DNA of 64,000 nucleotides from Candidatus Jorgensenbacteria bacterium (GTDB taxonomy: Bacteria; Patescibacteriota; Minisyncoccia; UBA6257; GWB1-50-10), in contig JAZDFV010000001.1 in assembly GCA_043807585.1 (NCBI GenBank), positions 46,590-110,589 on the forward strand, written 5' to 3'. The position numbers and the translations under genes were made by a program. The notes beneath the pieces were generated by a model. It worked only from the letters and a program-made list of their open reading frames with translations. It was not told the DNA's origin and made no database searches. Positions 18,371 through 28,678 of the stretch are shown here, piece after piece (position 1 is the stretch's first letter; every line of letters starts with the position of its first letter).

Positions 18371-18721
18371 TTAGATCGTCTGCCCGAAGAATACAGTCGT
18401 TACTACATACACGATACCTCTTGCGAGAACGCCAATTGCAATCGCGATGATGGCGTAGACAAGGTAGTTTTTCGCCGCCTTCACCTTTTCCTCATCGCCA
18501 CCGGAGGTGAGGTAAAGGAATGCTGAGTAGAGGATAAAGAGGACCGCGACGGCAACGAGGATGCCGAAGAACCAGTTCCCGATTTTTGTGATGAGAGCAG
18601 TGATGTCGGCGTAGCTGCTTATATTTTGTGCCAGAGTCGGCGGCTGCGCGCCCGCGAAGAGCGGTAGAGCCAAAGCCCCAACCATGGCAATTCCCGCGCC
18701 GATCTTCATAATTGATTTCAT
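18371..18721 (-). CDS. TrbC/VirB2-like pilin (candidate major subunit)
   Basis: YLTSGGDEEKVKAAKNYLVYAII; long structured upstream region and downstream hairpin. Confidence 0.85.
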   Translation of the reverse strand: MKSIMKIGAGIAMVGALALPLFAGAQPPTLAQNISSYADITALITKIGNWFFGILVAVAVLFILYSAFLYLTSGGDEEKVKAAKNYLVYAIIAIAIGVLARGIVYVVTTVFFGQTI

Positions 18722-18756
18722 TTTTTATTTTGATTCATTTTTAGGACCCGACCTTT

Positions 18757-18826
18757 CCGGGTAGTAGAACTTCGACTTGTTTTATATCCGTTCGCTCCGC
18801 GAACCAGTCGAAGTTTCACTACCCGG
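18757..18826. repeat. Inverted repeat in the pilin leader
   Basis: CCGGGTAGT..AACTTCGACT...AGTCGAAGTT..ACTACCCGG. Confidence 0.65.
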
Positions 18827-18884
18827 TTTTATTGTGTCTTTTTATTAGTGTTATTGGTGGTTTCCATTTGTGTACATTCGTGGT

Positions 18885-19286
18885 TTAAGGAGGGTTCGTA
18901 GTGAGCAATTTCTCAATAATAGACACCAATCCCCATCCGACGAAGATGATACCATAGCCCACCACCGCGTACAAGATGGTCTTCCGCCCCGTGCCGAATT
19001 TCTCCGGGTTGCCGCCCGCGAAGAGCATCTGGAACGCGCCGTAGATGATCATGACCGCCGCGATTGGCGCCGCCACAAGCACGAGCCAGTCCACGATGCG
19101 GCGCGCGAGCGTTTCCACGGTCGCGGTAGTGCCGAGGGGGTTAGGGAGGCAAATCCGCCCCGCGGGGCATTCAGCGATATCCCCGATTCCCTGGGTAGTT
19201 GCTGGGAAGAGCAACACGAGCGTTAGGCTGGTTACGATCGTGACAAGTGCCAAGGAAAAGTATCTCATGGTTGCTGACAATTCCAT
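18885..19286 (-). CDS. TrbC/VirB2-like pilin
   Basis: LPNPLG, FAGGNPEKFGTGRKTILYAVVG; start at 19286 or 19268, not at 19628. Confidence 0.85.
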   Translation of the reverse strand: MELSATMRYFSLALVTIVTSLTLVLLFPATTQGIGDIAECPAGRICLPNPLGTTATVETLARRIVDWLVLVAAPIAAVMIIYGAFQMLFAGGNPEKFGTGRKTILYAVVGYGIIFVGWGLVSIIEKLLTTNPP

Positions 19287-19648
19287 TATATCACCGCGCA
19301 GGTCACCTGTGACCACGGGAGACCGGGATTCCCCGAGAGGAGCTGGAGAAGCTCGTTTATGAAAAGCCACGCGACGAGCGCAATGACGAGGCCAGTGACC
19401 GCTGCGGTCATGGTTTTCCGGCCGCCGGATACACGCTCCTCCGAACCGCCGGAGGTCACAAGCTGGATCGCGCCCCAGACGATCATCCCTACCGCGATCA
19501 CGAAAGCGATCTGCCAGAGGAACTGGATGATGTTCGAGGTGACTACCAAGGCGTCGCAGAAATTGCATGGGCCGGTGGGGCCGCCGGTGGTGATGGCAGA
19601 GGAAGCTCCGCACCTTGCTCCCTCCCAAATGTTGGCAATGATAGACAT
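19286..19648 (-). CDS. TrbC/VirB2-like pilin with N-terminal Cys motif
   Basis: C...GPCNFCD, TSGGSEERVSGGRKTMTAAVTG. Confidence 0.85.
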   Translation of the reverse strand: MSIIANIWEGARCGASSAITTGGPTGPCNFCDALVVTSNIIQFLWQIAFVIAVGMIVWGAIQLVTSGGSEERVSGGRKTMTAAVTGLVIALVAWLFINELLQLLSGNPGLPWSQVTCAVI

Positions 19649-19653
19649 TCTGT

Positions 19654-19821
19654 TAAACTCTAAATTCTAATATCTAAACTCTAAACAAATTCCAACAACA
19701 AATCTCAAATAACAAATAAATCTCAAATTCAAAACTGTTTCGGTCATCGGAACTTATTTGGAATTTGGTGCTTGGAATTTGGTGCTTGTTTAGGATTTAG
19801 GATTTCGTGTTTCGGATTTCA
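19654..19821. repeat. Large inverted array of degenerate 7-mers
   Basis: AAACTCT/AAATTCC-type units followed by their complements GGAATTT/GGATTT. Confidence 0.8.
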
Positions 19822-19872
19822 CCTTGCTTTCACTCATTATACCTACTCCGTGATTTGCGGGCATCCGCAGAA

Positions 19873-21183
19873 TCAGTATCGCATCCGTGACATGATCTGG
19901 GTTACCTGCCCCGCGGCATCGCGGAGGATGGCGGTGATCTGGTCCGGGTGCCCTTGGGCCCTCGCGATCATGTCGGAGAAAACATCCCGGACCGCGTCGG
20001 GGTCCGCCTGCGGCCATGAGCGCGCGGTGAGCATCTGGTTCGCAAATGTGCCGAGCTCGGGGTCGCTCTCAAATGACGATTTCAAGGCGAGGAGCGCGGG
20101 CGGGCGGCGGGTGGTGACGGCGTACTGCCGGGCACCGGACGCGTTCGTGGTGAGGTTCACAATGAACTGCCAGGCAAGGTCGGGTGCGCGGCTCTGGCGC
20201 GCCACCCCGTATCCCCAATAGCGTGGGTAAGCCACGGGAATTTTCGCGGCGCCCGATTGCGGCATTGGGGCAATGCGGTAATCGAGGAACGCGTTTTTGG
20301 CTCTCATCTCCGCAATGAATGAACTGTCCTTGAATATCATCGCGAGCCGCTCCGCAGCCCATAGGTTGTCCGCGGATGGGAGTGCGTCGTTCCACGTGTA
20401 GGCGCTGCTCCTCGGGTCCGCGAACTGTGCGTAGAAGCGGAGCGCCTGTGCTCCCTCGTTGGAGTCAAACGTCGCTCCAGCGAGGTCCGGCGACACCATT
20501 TTTGTCCCAGTTTGGAGCATAAGGAGCGAGAGTAGGTCAGCCGCCTCGCGCACTGTTTTTGCGGAACCACCGAGGGGAGCCGCTGCTTGTGTGATATTCC
20601 CCTTGCTGTCGATGGCCACGAACTTGGGCACAATCGTCTGGAATTCCTCCCATGTCGCTGGGGGGAGCGCCACGCCCGCGCGATCGAAGAGGTTTCGGTT
20701 GTAGAAGAGAGCGAGGGTGTCAACGGAGAGCGGGAGGCCGAAGATGGAGCCCTGTGGCGCAAAGTCCTGCTCCACTACTTTGGGGAAGAGCTGGCGCAGC
20801 TGTGTGAGGGTGAACCGAGCCGCTGGTGCTGGGAAAAGTTTTCCCGAGTCCCGGAGCACGTCGCGGTTTTCTACTGCGAAGATGTCAGGGCCTCGGCCCG
20901 CCGCGAGCGCGTCCAAGAGCGCCCGCCCGTACTCCCCTGTATCCATGAAGTTACGGTAGGTAACCGTGACGTTGGGGTAGATGGCCTTGAAGCTTTGGAT
21001 GGACGGGTCAATGGCCTCGCTGCGGTCCAGGCCCCACACCGTGAGGGCGCCGGTTACGCTTACCGGTCCAGTGCCTCCCCTCAAGCCCGGGAGTACGCCG
21101 GCGAGGACGAGCCCAAGGAGAACCACCACGAGGGCGACGACGCCGCCGATGATGAGTTGCGGTTTGGTGAGATTAACGGGCAT
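19873..21183 (-). CDS. Membrane-anchored extracellular solute-binding protein (sugar ABC family 1)
   Basis: LTVWG, AAGRGPDIF, GLPLSVDTLALFYN..LF, PPATWEEF. Confidence 0.9.
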   Translation of the reverse strand: MPVNLTKPQLIIGGVVALVVVLLGLVLAGVLPGLRGGTGPVSVTGALTVWGLDRSEAIDPSIQSFKAIYPNVTVTYRNFMDTGEYGRALLDALAAGRGPDIFAVENRDVLRDSGKLFPAPAARFTLTQLRQLFPKVVEQDFAPQGSIFGLPLSVDTLALFYNRNLFDRAGVALPPATWEEFQTIVPKFVAIDSKGNITQAAAPLGGSAKTVREAADLLSLLMLQTGTKMVSPDLAGATFDSNEGAQALRFYAQFADPRSSAYTWNDALPSADNLWAAERLAMIFKDSSFIAEMRAKNAFLDYRIAPMPQSGAAKIPVAYPRYWGYGVARQSRAPDLAWQFIVNLTTNASGARQYAVTTRRPPALLALKSSFESDPELGTFANQMLTARSWPQADPDAVRDVFSDMIARAQGHPDQITAILRDAAGQVTQIMSRMRY

Positions 21184-21190
21184 GGTCTTA

Positions 21191-21270
21191 GTGACAATAA
21201 CAATTACTATAACGATGACAATCTCCTCTCTTCACTTTTGTCATAGTTATCGTCATGGTCATAGTGGTTT
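21191..21270. repeat. Inverted array of degenerate 6-mers
   Basis: TGACAA/TAACGA units versus TTGTCA/TCGTCA/TGGTCA. Confidence 0.7.
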
Positions 21271-21271
21271 G

Positions 21272-23809
21272 CTACAAGCAAACTATTCCTATCAATTTAT
21301 CTCCCTCGCCTAAGTCCATAATCCTTACCCCCTGTGTCGCGCGCCCGGCGACACGAATAGTGGCGAGTTTCGTCCGGAGCGCCTGGCCTTTTGATGAGAA
21401 CGCAAGCACCTCTTCTTCGTTTCCCTCAACGACCATCGCCGCGATCAGCGGCCCCGTCTTCCCGGTGACCTTTGCGGTGAGTATCCCTCCGCCCCCGCGC
21501 CGCTGCAGCTTGTACTCCTTCAAAGGCGTCTGCTTCGCAAAACCGTTTGCGGAGACCACCAGCAGCTTTGAGCTTTGAGCTTTGAGCTTTGAGTCCCCCA
21601 TTATTATATCAAGCCCCGCTACCGTGTCGCCTGGGCGGAGCCGCAGGCCCCTGATGCCGGCGGCGGCACGCCCCATCACCCGCACATCCTTCTCACGGAA
21701 GCGGATGGAGTGTCCTTTCGCGGTTGTGATGACGAGTTCATCGGAACCCGACGAGAGCTTGGCCCAGCGGAGAGCGTCCTTCCCTTTGAGCTTCAAAGCG
21801 ACAATGCCGTTCCGGCGCACGTTCACGAAATCCTTGAGTGCGGTCTTTTTAATGAGGCCTCCCGTGGTCGCCATCACCAAGTACAATGACTTTTGACGAT
21901 GACTATGACTTGATTTCTGCCGGTCATCGTTATGGTCATTGTCATAGTCGGTTGCGTGGAGCAGCCGCGCGTTTCCTTCCTCATAGCTCACCACCGCTGT
22001 GACGCGTTCCCCCGGCGGGATGGTGAGAAAATTTTGGACGAGTTTTCCCTTTGCGGTCCGCGCGGCCACCGGGATCTCATACGCCTTGGTTTGGAACACT
22101 TTTCCGCGGTCGGTGAAGAAGAGGACGTTCGCGTGGGTGGAAGCGGAGAGGATCTGGTGGATCTGGTCCTCATCCTTGAGCTCAAAGCCGATGGTTCCCT
22201 TCCCGCCGCGGCGCTGGGCGCGGAATGAGGTCGGGGGGAGCCGCTTGATATATCCGTCCTCGGTGAGGACGATAACCGCCTCTTCCTTGGCAATGAGATC
22301 CTCTTCGCGGAATTCCGTGAGGCCCGAAACCACCACACGCGTTTTCCGCGGACTCGGGAACCGCCCCTTGAGTTCCACCGCTTCTCCGAGGACCAGGTCC
22401 GTGATCTTCTTCGGGTGGGCGAGAATGGATTTGAATTCGGCGACGAGCTTTTGTTTTTCTTTGAGTTCCGCCTCCAGCTTCTCGCGCTCGAGCGCCGCAA
22501 GCGTCTGCAGTTTCATCTCCAGAATGGCGTTGGCCTGCACCTCGGTGAACGAGAATTGTTTTATAAGGTTCACTTTGGCGGCCTCGCGGTCCTTCGATTT
22601 CTTGATGGTGGCGATCACTTTATCGATAACGTCAAGCGCCTTCACGAGTCCCGCGAGAATGTGGGCGCGCTCCTCGGCTTTGCGGAGATCGAACCCGGTG
22701 CGGCGGCGGATGACGGTTGTGCGGTGCTCAAGGTACGCGGCGAGCACCTCTTTCAGGGAAAGCACCTGCGGCTGGATGCCATCCACGAGAGCGAGCATGT
22801 TGAAGTAAAAATTCTTCTGGAGCTCGGTGTACTCGTAGAGCTGGTTCAGGATCTTCTGTGGAGTCGCGTCGCTCTTGAGGTCTATCACAATGCGGAGCCC
22901 ATCTCGGTCGGATTCGTCGCGTAGGTCGCGAATACCCTCGATCTTCTTTTCCTGGACGAGCTCGGCAATCTTGGTCACGAGATCCGACTTGTTCACCTGG
23001 TAGGGAATTTCCGTCACCACGATCTGGAACGCGCCGCGCGACTGGGCGCGCTCCTGGATTTCAGCGACGCCGCGGATGGTGACGGAACCCTTGCCGGTGG
23101 CGTACGCTTCCCCCATCGCTTTCCGGTCGTAGATAACGCCGCCGGTGGGGAAATCGGGGCCGGGTATGAACTTCATAAGGTCGGCGGTGGAGGCGTCGGG
23201 GTGCGCGGCCAGGTAGGAGATGGCGTCCACGACCTCCCCGAGATTATGGGGCGGGATTGAGGTAGCCATGCCGACCGCGATTCCAACGGCGCCGTTCAGG
23301 AGTAGGTTGGGGAGCCGTGCGGGTAGGTATTTCGGCTCCACGCGCGTCGCATCGTAGTTCGGGATCCAGTCCACCGTGCCCTTTTCAATATCCATAAGGA
23401 GCTCCTCGGCAACCTTCGTGAGGCGCGCCTCCGTGTATCTCATAGCCGCCGGCGGATCCCCATCGAGTGAACCCCAGTTACCCTGGCCGTCCACGAGCGG
23501 ATAGCGAAGGGAAAAATCCTGCGCCATGCGTGCCATCGCATCGTAGACCGCCATGTCGCCGTGCGGGTGGTAGCGGCCCAAAACGGTGCCAACAACGTTT
23601 GCCGACTTCCGAAACTTCGTGTCGTGCGTGAGGCCGTCGTCCCACATGGCCCAGAGAATGCGCCGTTGCACCGGCTTCATGCCGTCTCTTACGTCCGGGA
23701 GGGCGCGCGAAACAATGACCGACATCGCGTAATCCAGGTACGATTCACGGAGCTCTTTGGTGATCTCCTGCGCTTCTATGCGATCGTATGCGTGGTTTTC
23801 TTTTTCCAT
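21272..23809 (-). CDS. gyrA: DNA gyrase subunit A
   Basis: [34 protein letters not shown], GyrA-box QRRGGKG; start is the ATG at 23809. Confidence 0.97.
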   Translation of the reverse strand: MEKENHAYDRIEAQEITKELRESYLDYAMSVIVSRALPDVRDGMKPVQRRILWAMWDDGLTHDTKFRKSANVVGTVLGRYHPHGDMAVYDAMARMAQDFSLRYPLVDGQGNWGSLDGDPPAAMRYTEARLTKVAEELLMDIEKGTVDWIPNYDATRVEPKYLPARLPNLLLNGAVGIAVGMATSIPPHNLGEVVDAISYLAAHPDASTADLMKFIPGPDFPTGGVIYDRKAMGEAYATGKGSVTIRGVAEIQERAQSRGAFQIVVTEIPYQVNKSDLVTKIAELVQEKKIEGIRDLRDESDRDGLRIVIDLKSDATPQKILNQLYEYTELQKNFYFNMLALVDGIQPQVLSLKEVLAAYLEHRTTVIRRRTGFDLRKAEERAHILAGLVKALDVIDKVIATIKKSKDREAAKVNLIKQFSFTEVQANAILEMKLQTLAALEREKLEAELKEKQKLVAEFKSILAHPKKITDLVLGEAVELKGRFPSPRKTRVVVSGLTEFREEDLIAKEEAVIVLTEDGYIKRLPPTSFRAQRRGGKGTIGFELKDEDQIHQILSASTHANVLFFTDRGKVFQTKAYEIPVAARTAKGKLVQNFLTIPPGERVTAVVSYEEGNARLLHATDYDNDHNDDRQKSSHSHRQKSLYLVMATTGGLIKKTALKDFVNVRRNGIVALKLKGKDALRWAKLSSGSDELVITTAKGHSIRFREKDVRVMGRAAAGIRGLRLRPGDTVAGLDIIMGDSKLKAQSSKLLVVSANGFAKQTPLKEYKLQRRGGGGILTAKVTGKTGPLIAAMVVEGNEEEVLAFSSKGQALRTKLATIRVAGRATQGVRIMDLGEGDKLIGIVCL

Positions 23810-23816
23810 GATTGGG

Positions 23817-24299
23817 TTATTGCCCCTCTCCCTTCGCTGGCGCCTGCGGGAGCAAGACTGGCGGCACCGTTTGGAGATCAGGCGGCATGGATGAGGAAGC
23901 GGAGGATGTGGCGGCGGCATTTTCCCCTCCGAGAGTGAATTGGTTCTCGCGCTCCACGGTTTCCCGGAGGGAACGGAACGTTTGAGTGGTTTCTTCCTTC
24001 GCGCGTTCCCACTCTCGGGCGATGTCATCCGAGATCGCCGAAAATCCCCTCCCGAGCGTTTTCCCGAATGTATCACCTGCAGATTTCTCTGGAATTGGGG
24101 GTGGGCTCTCGCTCTGCGCTGTGGAAGGCAGAGTAATGTTCAAATAGACCACCCAGAGCACTACGACCACTACCATGGTCGTTACTGAGGCCGCCGTGAG
24201 CCAGCGTTTTCTGCTGGACTCTGGGGCGCGCTGGATCCGCCCGAGGCGAACTCTAAGGCGCGCGCGTAATGTTTCCAGTTTAGGTCCGATGGGAGACAT
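23817..24299 (-). CDS. Single-pass membrane hypothetical protein
   Basis: PE..RKRWL followed by a TM helix; lies in an operon between the MBL-fold gene and gyrA. Confidence 0.7.
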   Translation of the reverse strand: MSPIGPKLETLRARLRVRLGRIQRAPESSRKRWLTAASVTTMVVVVVLWVVYLNITLPSTAQSESPPPIPEKSAGDTFGKTLGRGFSAISDDIAREWERAKEETTQTFRSLRETVERENQFTLGGENAAATSSASSSMPPDLQTVPPVLLPQAPAKGEGQ

Positions 24300-24300
24300 G

Positions 24301-24894
24301 TTATATGGAGAGGCAGTGGACCGCCATTGCTTTGGGAACAATGTCCTTCTTCTTCACGGTGAGCTTTTCTTCGGCGGGACATTTCCCATGCCCGAGCTCT
24401 TTGAGGAACGGCCCCAGATCCTTGGCGAGGGTGGGGACGATGATGCCGGGTTCGAGCTGGCGCACTATTTTTGCGGCGGTGCTCTGCGTGATGAGGGGTT
24501 TCCCGCCGCCGGGGACAAAAAGGATATCGAGATCGGCGAGCTCGGCGAGCGCCTTCACCTCCGGTTCCCGCATGAGGAATCCGAGGATGCCGATGGTGAT
24601 GTTGTCCAGGGTGACGCGGTAGGCAGTGTGCGCCCGCCCTCCTTCTTCACCCATGGGAATGCCGCGTACCTCAACGCCGCTCACCTCGTACTCGCCGGCG
24701 TGGTCGATCCAGAGCGGTTCGCGCATTTCAAGAAGTTCCCCGTTCGCTTTTCCCGCCTCAAGGACGGGTGGGAGAACGGTATGGAGCACAAGTTGCGCCC
24801 CCTTGAAGGAGCGCTGGTCGGTTGGATCCACAAGCGCCGTGAAACCCCCGGACTGTATTTTTACGTAGTTGCCGCCGTGGTAGGTGATGACCAT
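24301..24894 (-). CDS. MBL-fold (Lactamase_B_3-like) protein with degenerate metal site
   Basis: ITYHG, VDP, GEYEVSGV, DILFVPGGG, LEPGIIVP. Confidence 0.8.
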   Translation of the reverse strand: MVITYHGGNYVKIQSGGFTALVDPTDQRSFKGAQLVLHTVLPPVLEAGKANGELLEMREPLWIDHAGEYEVSGVEVRGIPMGEEGGRAHTAYRVTLDNITIGILGFLMREPEVKALAELADLDILFVPGGGKPLITQSTAAKIVRQLEPGIIVPTLAKDLGPFLKELGHGKCPAEEKLTVKKKDIVPKAMAVHCLSI

Positions 24895-24954
24895 GCCGAT
24901 TATGTACGAATTTTCGAGTCCGCAGACGAAGAAAATTCGTCTACAAAATCGAGC

Positions 24955-25061
24955 ACCCCGTTAGATGCGGACAAACACATTCGGAGTGGTTCGACGATTG
25001 TTATCCATAATGCTCTATTTTTGTATTGAAATTTCATGTTGTTACCGCTATCTAACGGGGT
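24955..25061. mobile_element. CCCGTTAGA-family element
   Basis: ACCCCGTTAGAT...ATCTAACGGGGT; interior homologous to 55761-55869 in inverted orientation. Confidence 0.7.
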
Positions 25062-25149
25062 AAGGTTTTGTTATTAGTATTTGCGCGCCTTTGGCTTCAA
25101 ATACTAAACAAAGCCCTTACATTTTATCGCATTTTTCGATTGTTTTCAA

Positions 25150-25272
25150 TCCCGTTAGAAGCAATTTAAACAATGAATTGGTTTCTAAATTACCCAAAAG
25201 AAACGAGAAAAAAGAAACGAGTAAAAATCTGCATTTGTTACGGTCGCATGTGGCGACCTGCTTCTAACGGGA
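25150..25272. mobile_element. TCCCGTTAGA-family element with TCAA target duplication
   Basis: TCAA[TCCCGTTAGAAGCA...TGCTTCTAACGGGA]TCAA. Confidence 0.75.
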
Positions 25273-25324
25273 TCAATCGCGCGGTGGCTAAAATTTGACG
25301 TCCGCGCCCAACACAAGGTATGCT

Positions 25325-25365
25325 CAGCTGACCAAGTGACATAAGTAAACAGCTGACCAAGTGAC
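25325..25365 (+). repeat. 16-bp direct repeat in the rpsA leader
   Basis: CAGCTGACCAAGTGAC at 25325 and 25350. Confidence 0.7.
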
Positions 25366-25377
25366 TAATTAACCAGT

Positions 25378-26460
25378 ATGGTTACCAAATCGCCCAACAC
25401 ATTACTAACACAGCTCATAAAAAACGAGCCGGCGGCTTTTGCGCTTTTGAAACCCGGTGATCTCGTGGAAGGGGCCGTGCTCGAGAAGGGTGCCCGGCGT
25501 CTCCTCATAGACCTCGGGAAGTTCGGCGTTGGCGCCGTCTACCGTGGCGAGCTTCTCGCGGCGCGCGAGGTGGTCCGGAACCTGAAACCTGGGGACCAAG
25601 CGCACGCGAAAGTAATGGTAGTGGATAACGAGGAGGGATTCGTGGAGCTTTCCCTCGCAGAGGCGGGCCGCCAGAAAGCGTGGGCGGCGGTACTCGAGCT
25701 CCAGGAGAAAGGAGAGCCGTTCTCGGTCAAGATCACGGGTTGCAACCGCGGGGGAGTGACCGCGGAAGTGTGCGGTCTCCCCGCGTTCCTCCCTGTCTCA
25801 CAGCTTGGTGGCGAGCATTATCCGAAAGTGTCGCCAGAGGAGCGTGGGGAACTCGGTGCCGCGCTCCAGAAACTTGTGGGAGAAGAAATTACCGTGAAGA
25901 TCCTTGATGCGAACCCCCGCACTGAAAAACTCATTCTCTCGGAGCGGGAGGCGATGGAGATTTCCACACGGGAGCTCGTGAAGAACTACGCGGTGGGGCA
26001 GGTGGTGGAGGGCATCGTCTCTGGGGTGGCGGACTTCGGGGTCTTCGCGCGGTTCACCGACAATCCGGCCGTGGAGGGCCTGATCCACATCTCCGAACTC
26101 TCGCACCAAACAGTGGGGAATCCGAAGGAGGTGGTGAAGGTGGACGACGTGGTGAAGGTGAAGATCACCGACATCAAGGACGGACGCATCTCTCTTTCAT
26201 TGAAAGCGCTCCAGGCGGATCCGTGGGAGGCCGCCGCGGAGCGGTTCGCGGTGGGGCAGGAGGTCACTGGTACGGTCTACAATTTCAACCCGTTCGGCGC
26301 CATCGTCGCCGTGGGAGATCTCCAGGGGCAGCTCCACGTGACCGGTTTCGGGAGCATGGAGGATATGAAGAAGAAAGTGGCGCTGGGAGAGTCCTACTCC
26401 TTCGTGGTGCAGGACGTGAAACCGGCGGAGCGGCGACTGGTGCTGAAATTGAAGGAGTAA
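25378..26460 (+). CDS. rpsA: 30S ribosomal protein S1 (four S1 domains)
   Basis: Repeated S1 motifs: GLPAFLPVSQL, DFGVF, EGLIHISEL, RISLSLK. Confidence 0.9.
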   Translation: MVTKSPNTLLTQLIKNEPAAFALLKPGDLVEGAVLEKGARRLLIDLGKFGVGAVYRGELLAAREVVRNLKPGDQAHAKVMVVDNEEGFVELSLAEAGRQKAWAAVLELQEKGEPFSVKITGCNRGGVTAEVCGLPAFLPVSQLGGEHYPKVSPEERGELGAALQKLVGEEITVKILDANPRTEKLILSEREAMEISTRELVKNYAVGQVVEGIVSGVADFGVFARFTDNPAVEGLIHISELSHQTVGNPKEVVKVDDVVKVKITDIKDGRISLSLKALQADPWEAAAERFAVGQEVTGTVYNFNPFGAIVAVGDLQGQLHVTGFGSMEDMKKKVALGESYSFVVQDVKPAERRLVLKLKE

Positions 26461-26498
26461 TACCTCACTTTTTCGTATATAGTAGTGTTGCTAACCAT

Positions 26499-28343
26499 AT
26501 GAAACAGCTCACCCAACGCCTCCTCCTCGCCGTTACCGTGCTCCTTTTCATCACGGTGCTGTTCTCGCTTTTCACGGATACTTCAGGTGGCGGAGGGACG
26601 AAAGCCCTTTCCCTTGATGAGCTCGCGAAAGCCGTCACCGCGGGGAGTGTGAAACAGCTCACGGTGGCGGGCAACGGCATTGAGGCGGTGATGAAGGACG
26701 GTTCCAGCGCGACTTCCAAAAAGGAAACGGAGACCGGTCTCGTGGAAACTCTCAAAAATTACGGCGTCTCCGCCGAGTCGCTCCAGGGTGTCTCGCTCAC
26801 GATGGCGGAAGAGAGCGGCGCGAAATATTGGATGGGTGTCCTCGTACCGGCGCTCCTCCCCGTCATCGTTATGGTCGTCATCTTTTGGTGGATTTTCCGG
26901 CAGGCCCGCACGGGAGCGAACCAGGCGTTCTCGTTCGGCAAGGTGAACCTCCGGCTCTTTTCCCCCGCGCGCGACAAGGTGACTTTCAAGGATGTGGCGG
27001 GTTTGAAAGAGTCCAAGGAGGAGTTGGAGGAGATCGTTGATTTTTTGAAGAACCCGAAGAAGTTCCTGGGGATGGGTGCGCGTATTCCCCGCGGGGTGCT
27101 CCTCATGGGGCCGCCGGGCACGGGGAAAACGCTCCTCGCGCGGGCGACCGCGGGCGAATCCAGCGTGCCGTTTTTCCACCTCTCTGCCTCGGAGTTCGTG
27201 GAAATGTTCGTGGGTGTTGGCGCCTCGCGCGTCCGCGACCTCTTCCAGACCGCCAAGAAGGCGGCGCCCTCCATCATCTTCATAGACGAGATAGACGCGG
27301 TGGGGCGGGAGCGTGGCGCGGGTTTGGGCGGCGGCCACGACGAGCGGGAGCAGACATTGAATCAGATCCTCGTGGAGATGGACGGTTTTGAGCGCGACAC
27401 GAACGTGATCGTGATGGCCGCTACCAATAGGCCCGATATCTTGGACTCTGCGCTCCTCCGGCCAGGGCGTTTCGACCGCCGCATCATTCTTGATATGCCC
27501 GACATCAACGACCGCGAGAACATTCTGAAGATCCACGCGCGGGGGAAGCCCTTGGACCGGAGCGTGGACATCCGCGTGGTGGCGGTGCGGACCCCCGGGT
27601 TCTCGGGCGCCGACCTCGCGAATCTTATGAATGAGGCCGCCATTGCCGCGGCGCGGGAGAATCAGAAAATGGTGACCCAGATGCATCTCGTAAACTCCAT
27701 AGAGAAGGTGATGCTGGGGCCCGAGCGGCGGAGCCGCGCCATCTCGCAGAACGAGAAAAAACTCTCCGCCTACCACGAGGCTGGGCACGCGCTCGTCGCG
27801 GCGGCCCTGAAGGAAGCCGATCCGGTGCACAAAATTTCCATTGTTTCCCGCGGCATGGTGGGCGGCTACACCATGAAGCTCCCGCTTGAGGAGCGGCGGC
27901 TCCACACCCGCGCGCAGTTCCTCGCCGACCTCGCGGTGTCGTTTGGCGGCTACGCTGCGGAGCTCGCGGTTTTCAAAGACATTTCCACCGGCTCCTCCAG
28001 CGACATCAAGCAGGCGACTGACCTTGCGCACCAGCTTGTGACGAAGTACGGCATGAGTGAACGCCTCGGCCCCCGCTCGTTCGGGCGCGTGCAGGAGCTC
28101 GTCTTTTTGGGGCGGGAGATAGGCGCGGAGAAGGACTATTCGGAATCCTTAGGCACCGTCATTGATGAGGAGGTGGACCGTGTGATAGGGAAAGCGCTCG
28201 TCGCGGCGAAGAAGATCGTCGCAAAGCACCGCGTGGCGTTGGATGCCATCGCGAATACGCTTGTGGAGAAAGAAACCATAGAGCGGAATGAGTTTGAGGC
28301 GATTATCAAAAAGTTTCATCTGAAACCGATAGCGATTGTGTAG
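26499..28343 (+). CDS. ftsH: ATP-dependent zinc metalloprotease FtsH
   Basis: Two TMs, [29 protein letters not shown]; start is the ATG at 26499. Confidence 0.97.
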   Translation: MKQLTQRLLLAVTVLLFITVLFSLFTDTSGGGGTKALSLDELAKAVTAGSVKQLTVAGNGIEAVMKDGSSATSKKETETGLVETLKNYGVSAESLQGVSLTMAEESGAKYWMGVLVPALLPVIVMVVIFWWIFRQARTGANQAFSFGKVNLRLFSPARDKVTFKDVAGLKESKEELEEIVDFLKNPKKFLGMGARIPRGVLLMGPPGTGKTLLARATAGESSVPFFHLSASEFVEMFVGVGASRVRDLFQTAKKAAPSIIFIDEIDAVGRERGAGLGGGHDEREQTLNQILVEMDGFERDTNVIVMAATNRPDILDSALLRPGRFDRRIILDMPDINDRENILKIHARGKPLDRSVDIRVVAVRTPGFSGADLANLMNEAAIAAARENQKMVTQMHLVNSIEKVMLGPERRSRAISQNEKKLSAYHEAGHALVAAALKEADPVHKISIVSRGMVGGYTMKLPLEERRLHTRAQFLADLAVSFGGYAAELAVFKDISTGSSSDIKQATDLAHQLVTKYGMSERLGPRSFGRVQELVFLGREIGAEKDYSESLGTVIDEEVDRVIGKALVAAKKIVAKHRVALDAIANTLVEKETIERNEFEAIIKKFHLKPIAIV

Positions 28344-28385
28344 TTTTGACGTTAAGATGCAGGCGACGTAGGATGGAGCGGCGAC

Positions 28386-28457
28386 CGGCCCGTAGCTCAA
28401 TGGCAGAGCTGTCGCCTTATACGCGAATGGTTGGGGGTTCGAGTCCCTCCGGGCCGA
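28386..28457 (+). tRNA. tRNA-Ile(TAT)
   Basis: CGGCCCG acceptor stem, anticodon loop CT-TAT-AC, GGTTCGAGTCC T-arm, discriminator A. Confidence 0.85.
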
Positions 28458-28458
28458 C

Positions 28459-28530
28459 GGACGGTTAGCTCAGCGGCAGAGCACTGCTTTTACACAGCAG
28501 GGGCCATAGGTTCGAATCCTATACCGTCCA
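28459..28530 (+). tRNA. tRNA-Val(TAC)
   Basis: GGACGGT acceptor stem, CTGCT-TTTACAC-AGCAG, GGTTCGAATCC. Confidence 0.95.
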
Positions 28531-28678
28531 CTTTGTGCGGGACACCGAGTAGGTTGGCGCAATCCCGCACCATCGCGTAAGCTATGGCGCGTGGCGATTC
28601 CATCAGCGCGCACAAATTCCCTTACGGGGGATTTTATTTGACACCGCGTTTTCGTGCGCGTATCGTAGTTGCACATAC

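Noticed and set aside
23810-24076. N-terminal extensions of GyrA (likewise FtsH, GlyA, TsaD and the DksA-like protein) shown in the ORF track
   Set aside because: They arise from upstream alternative starts overlapping neighbouring genes or repeats. Family homology begins at the downstream ATGs used here.
26583-28031. Long antisense ORFs (for example opposite ftsH, recA, gyrA, pnp and murD)
   Set aside because: They are shadows of GC-rich codon usage on the coding strand and carry no recognisable motifs.
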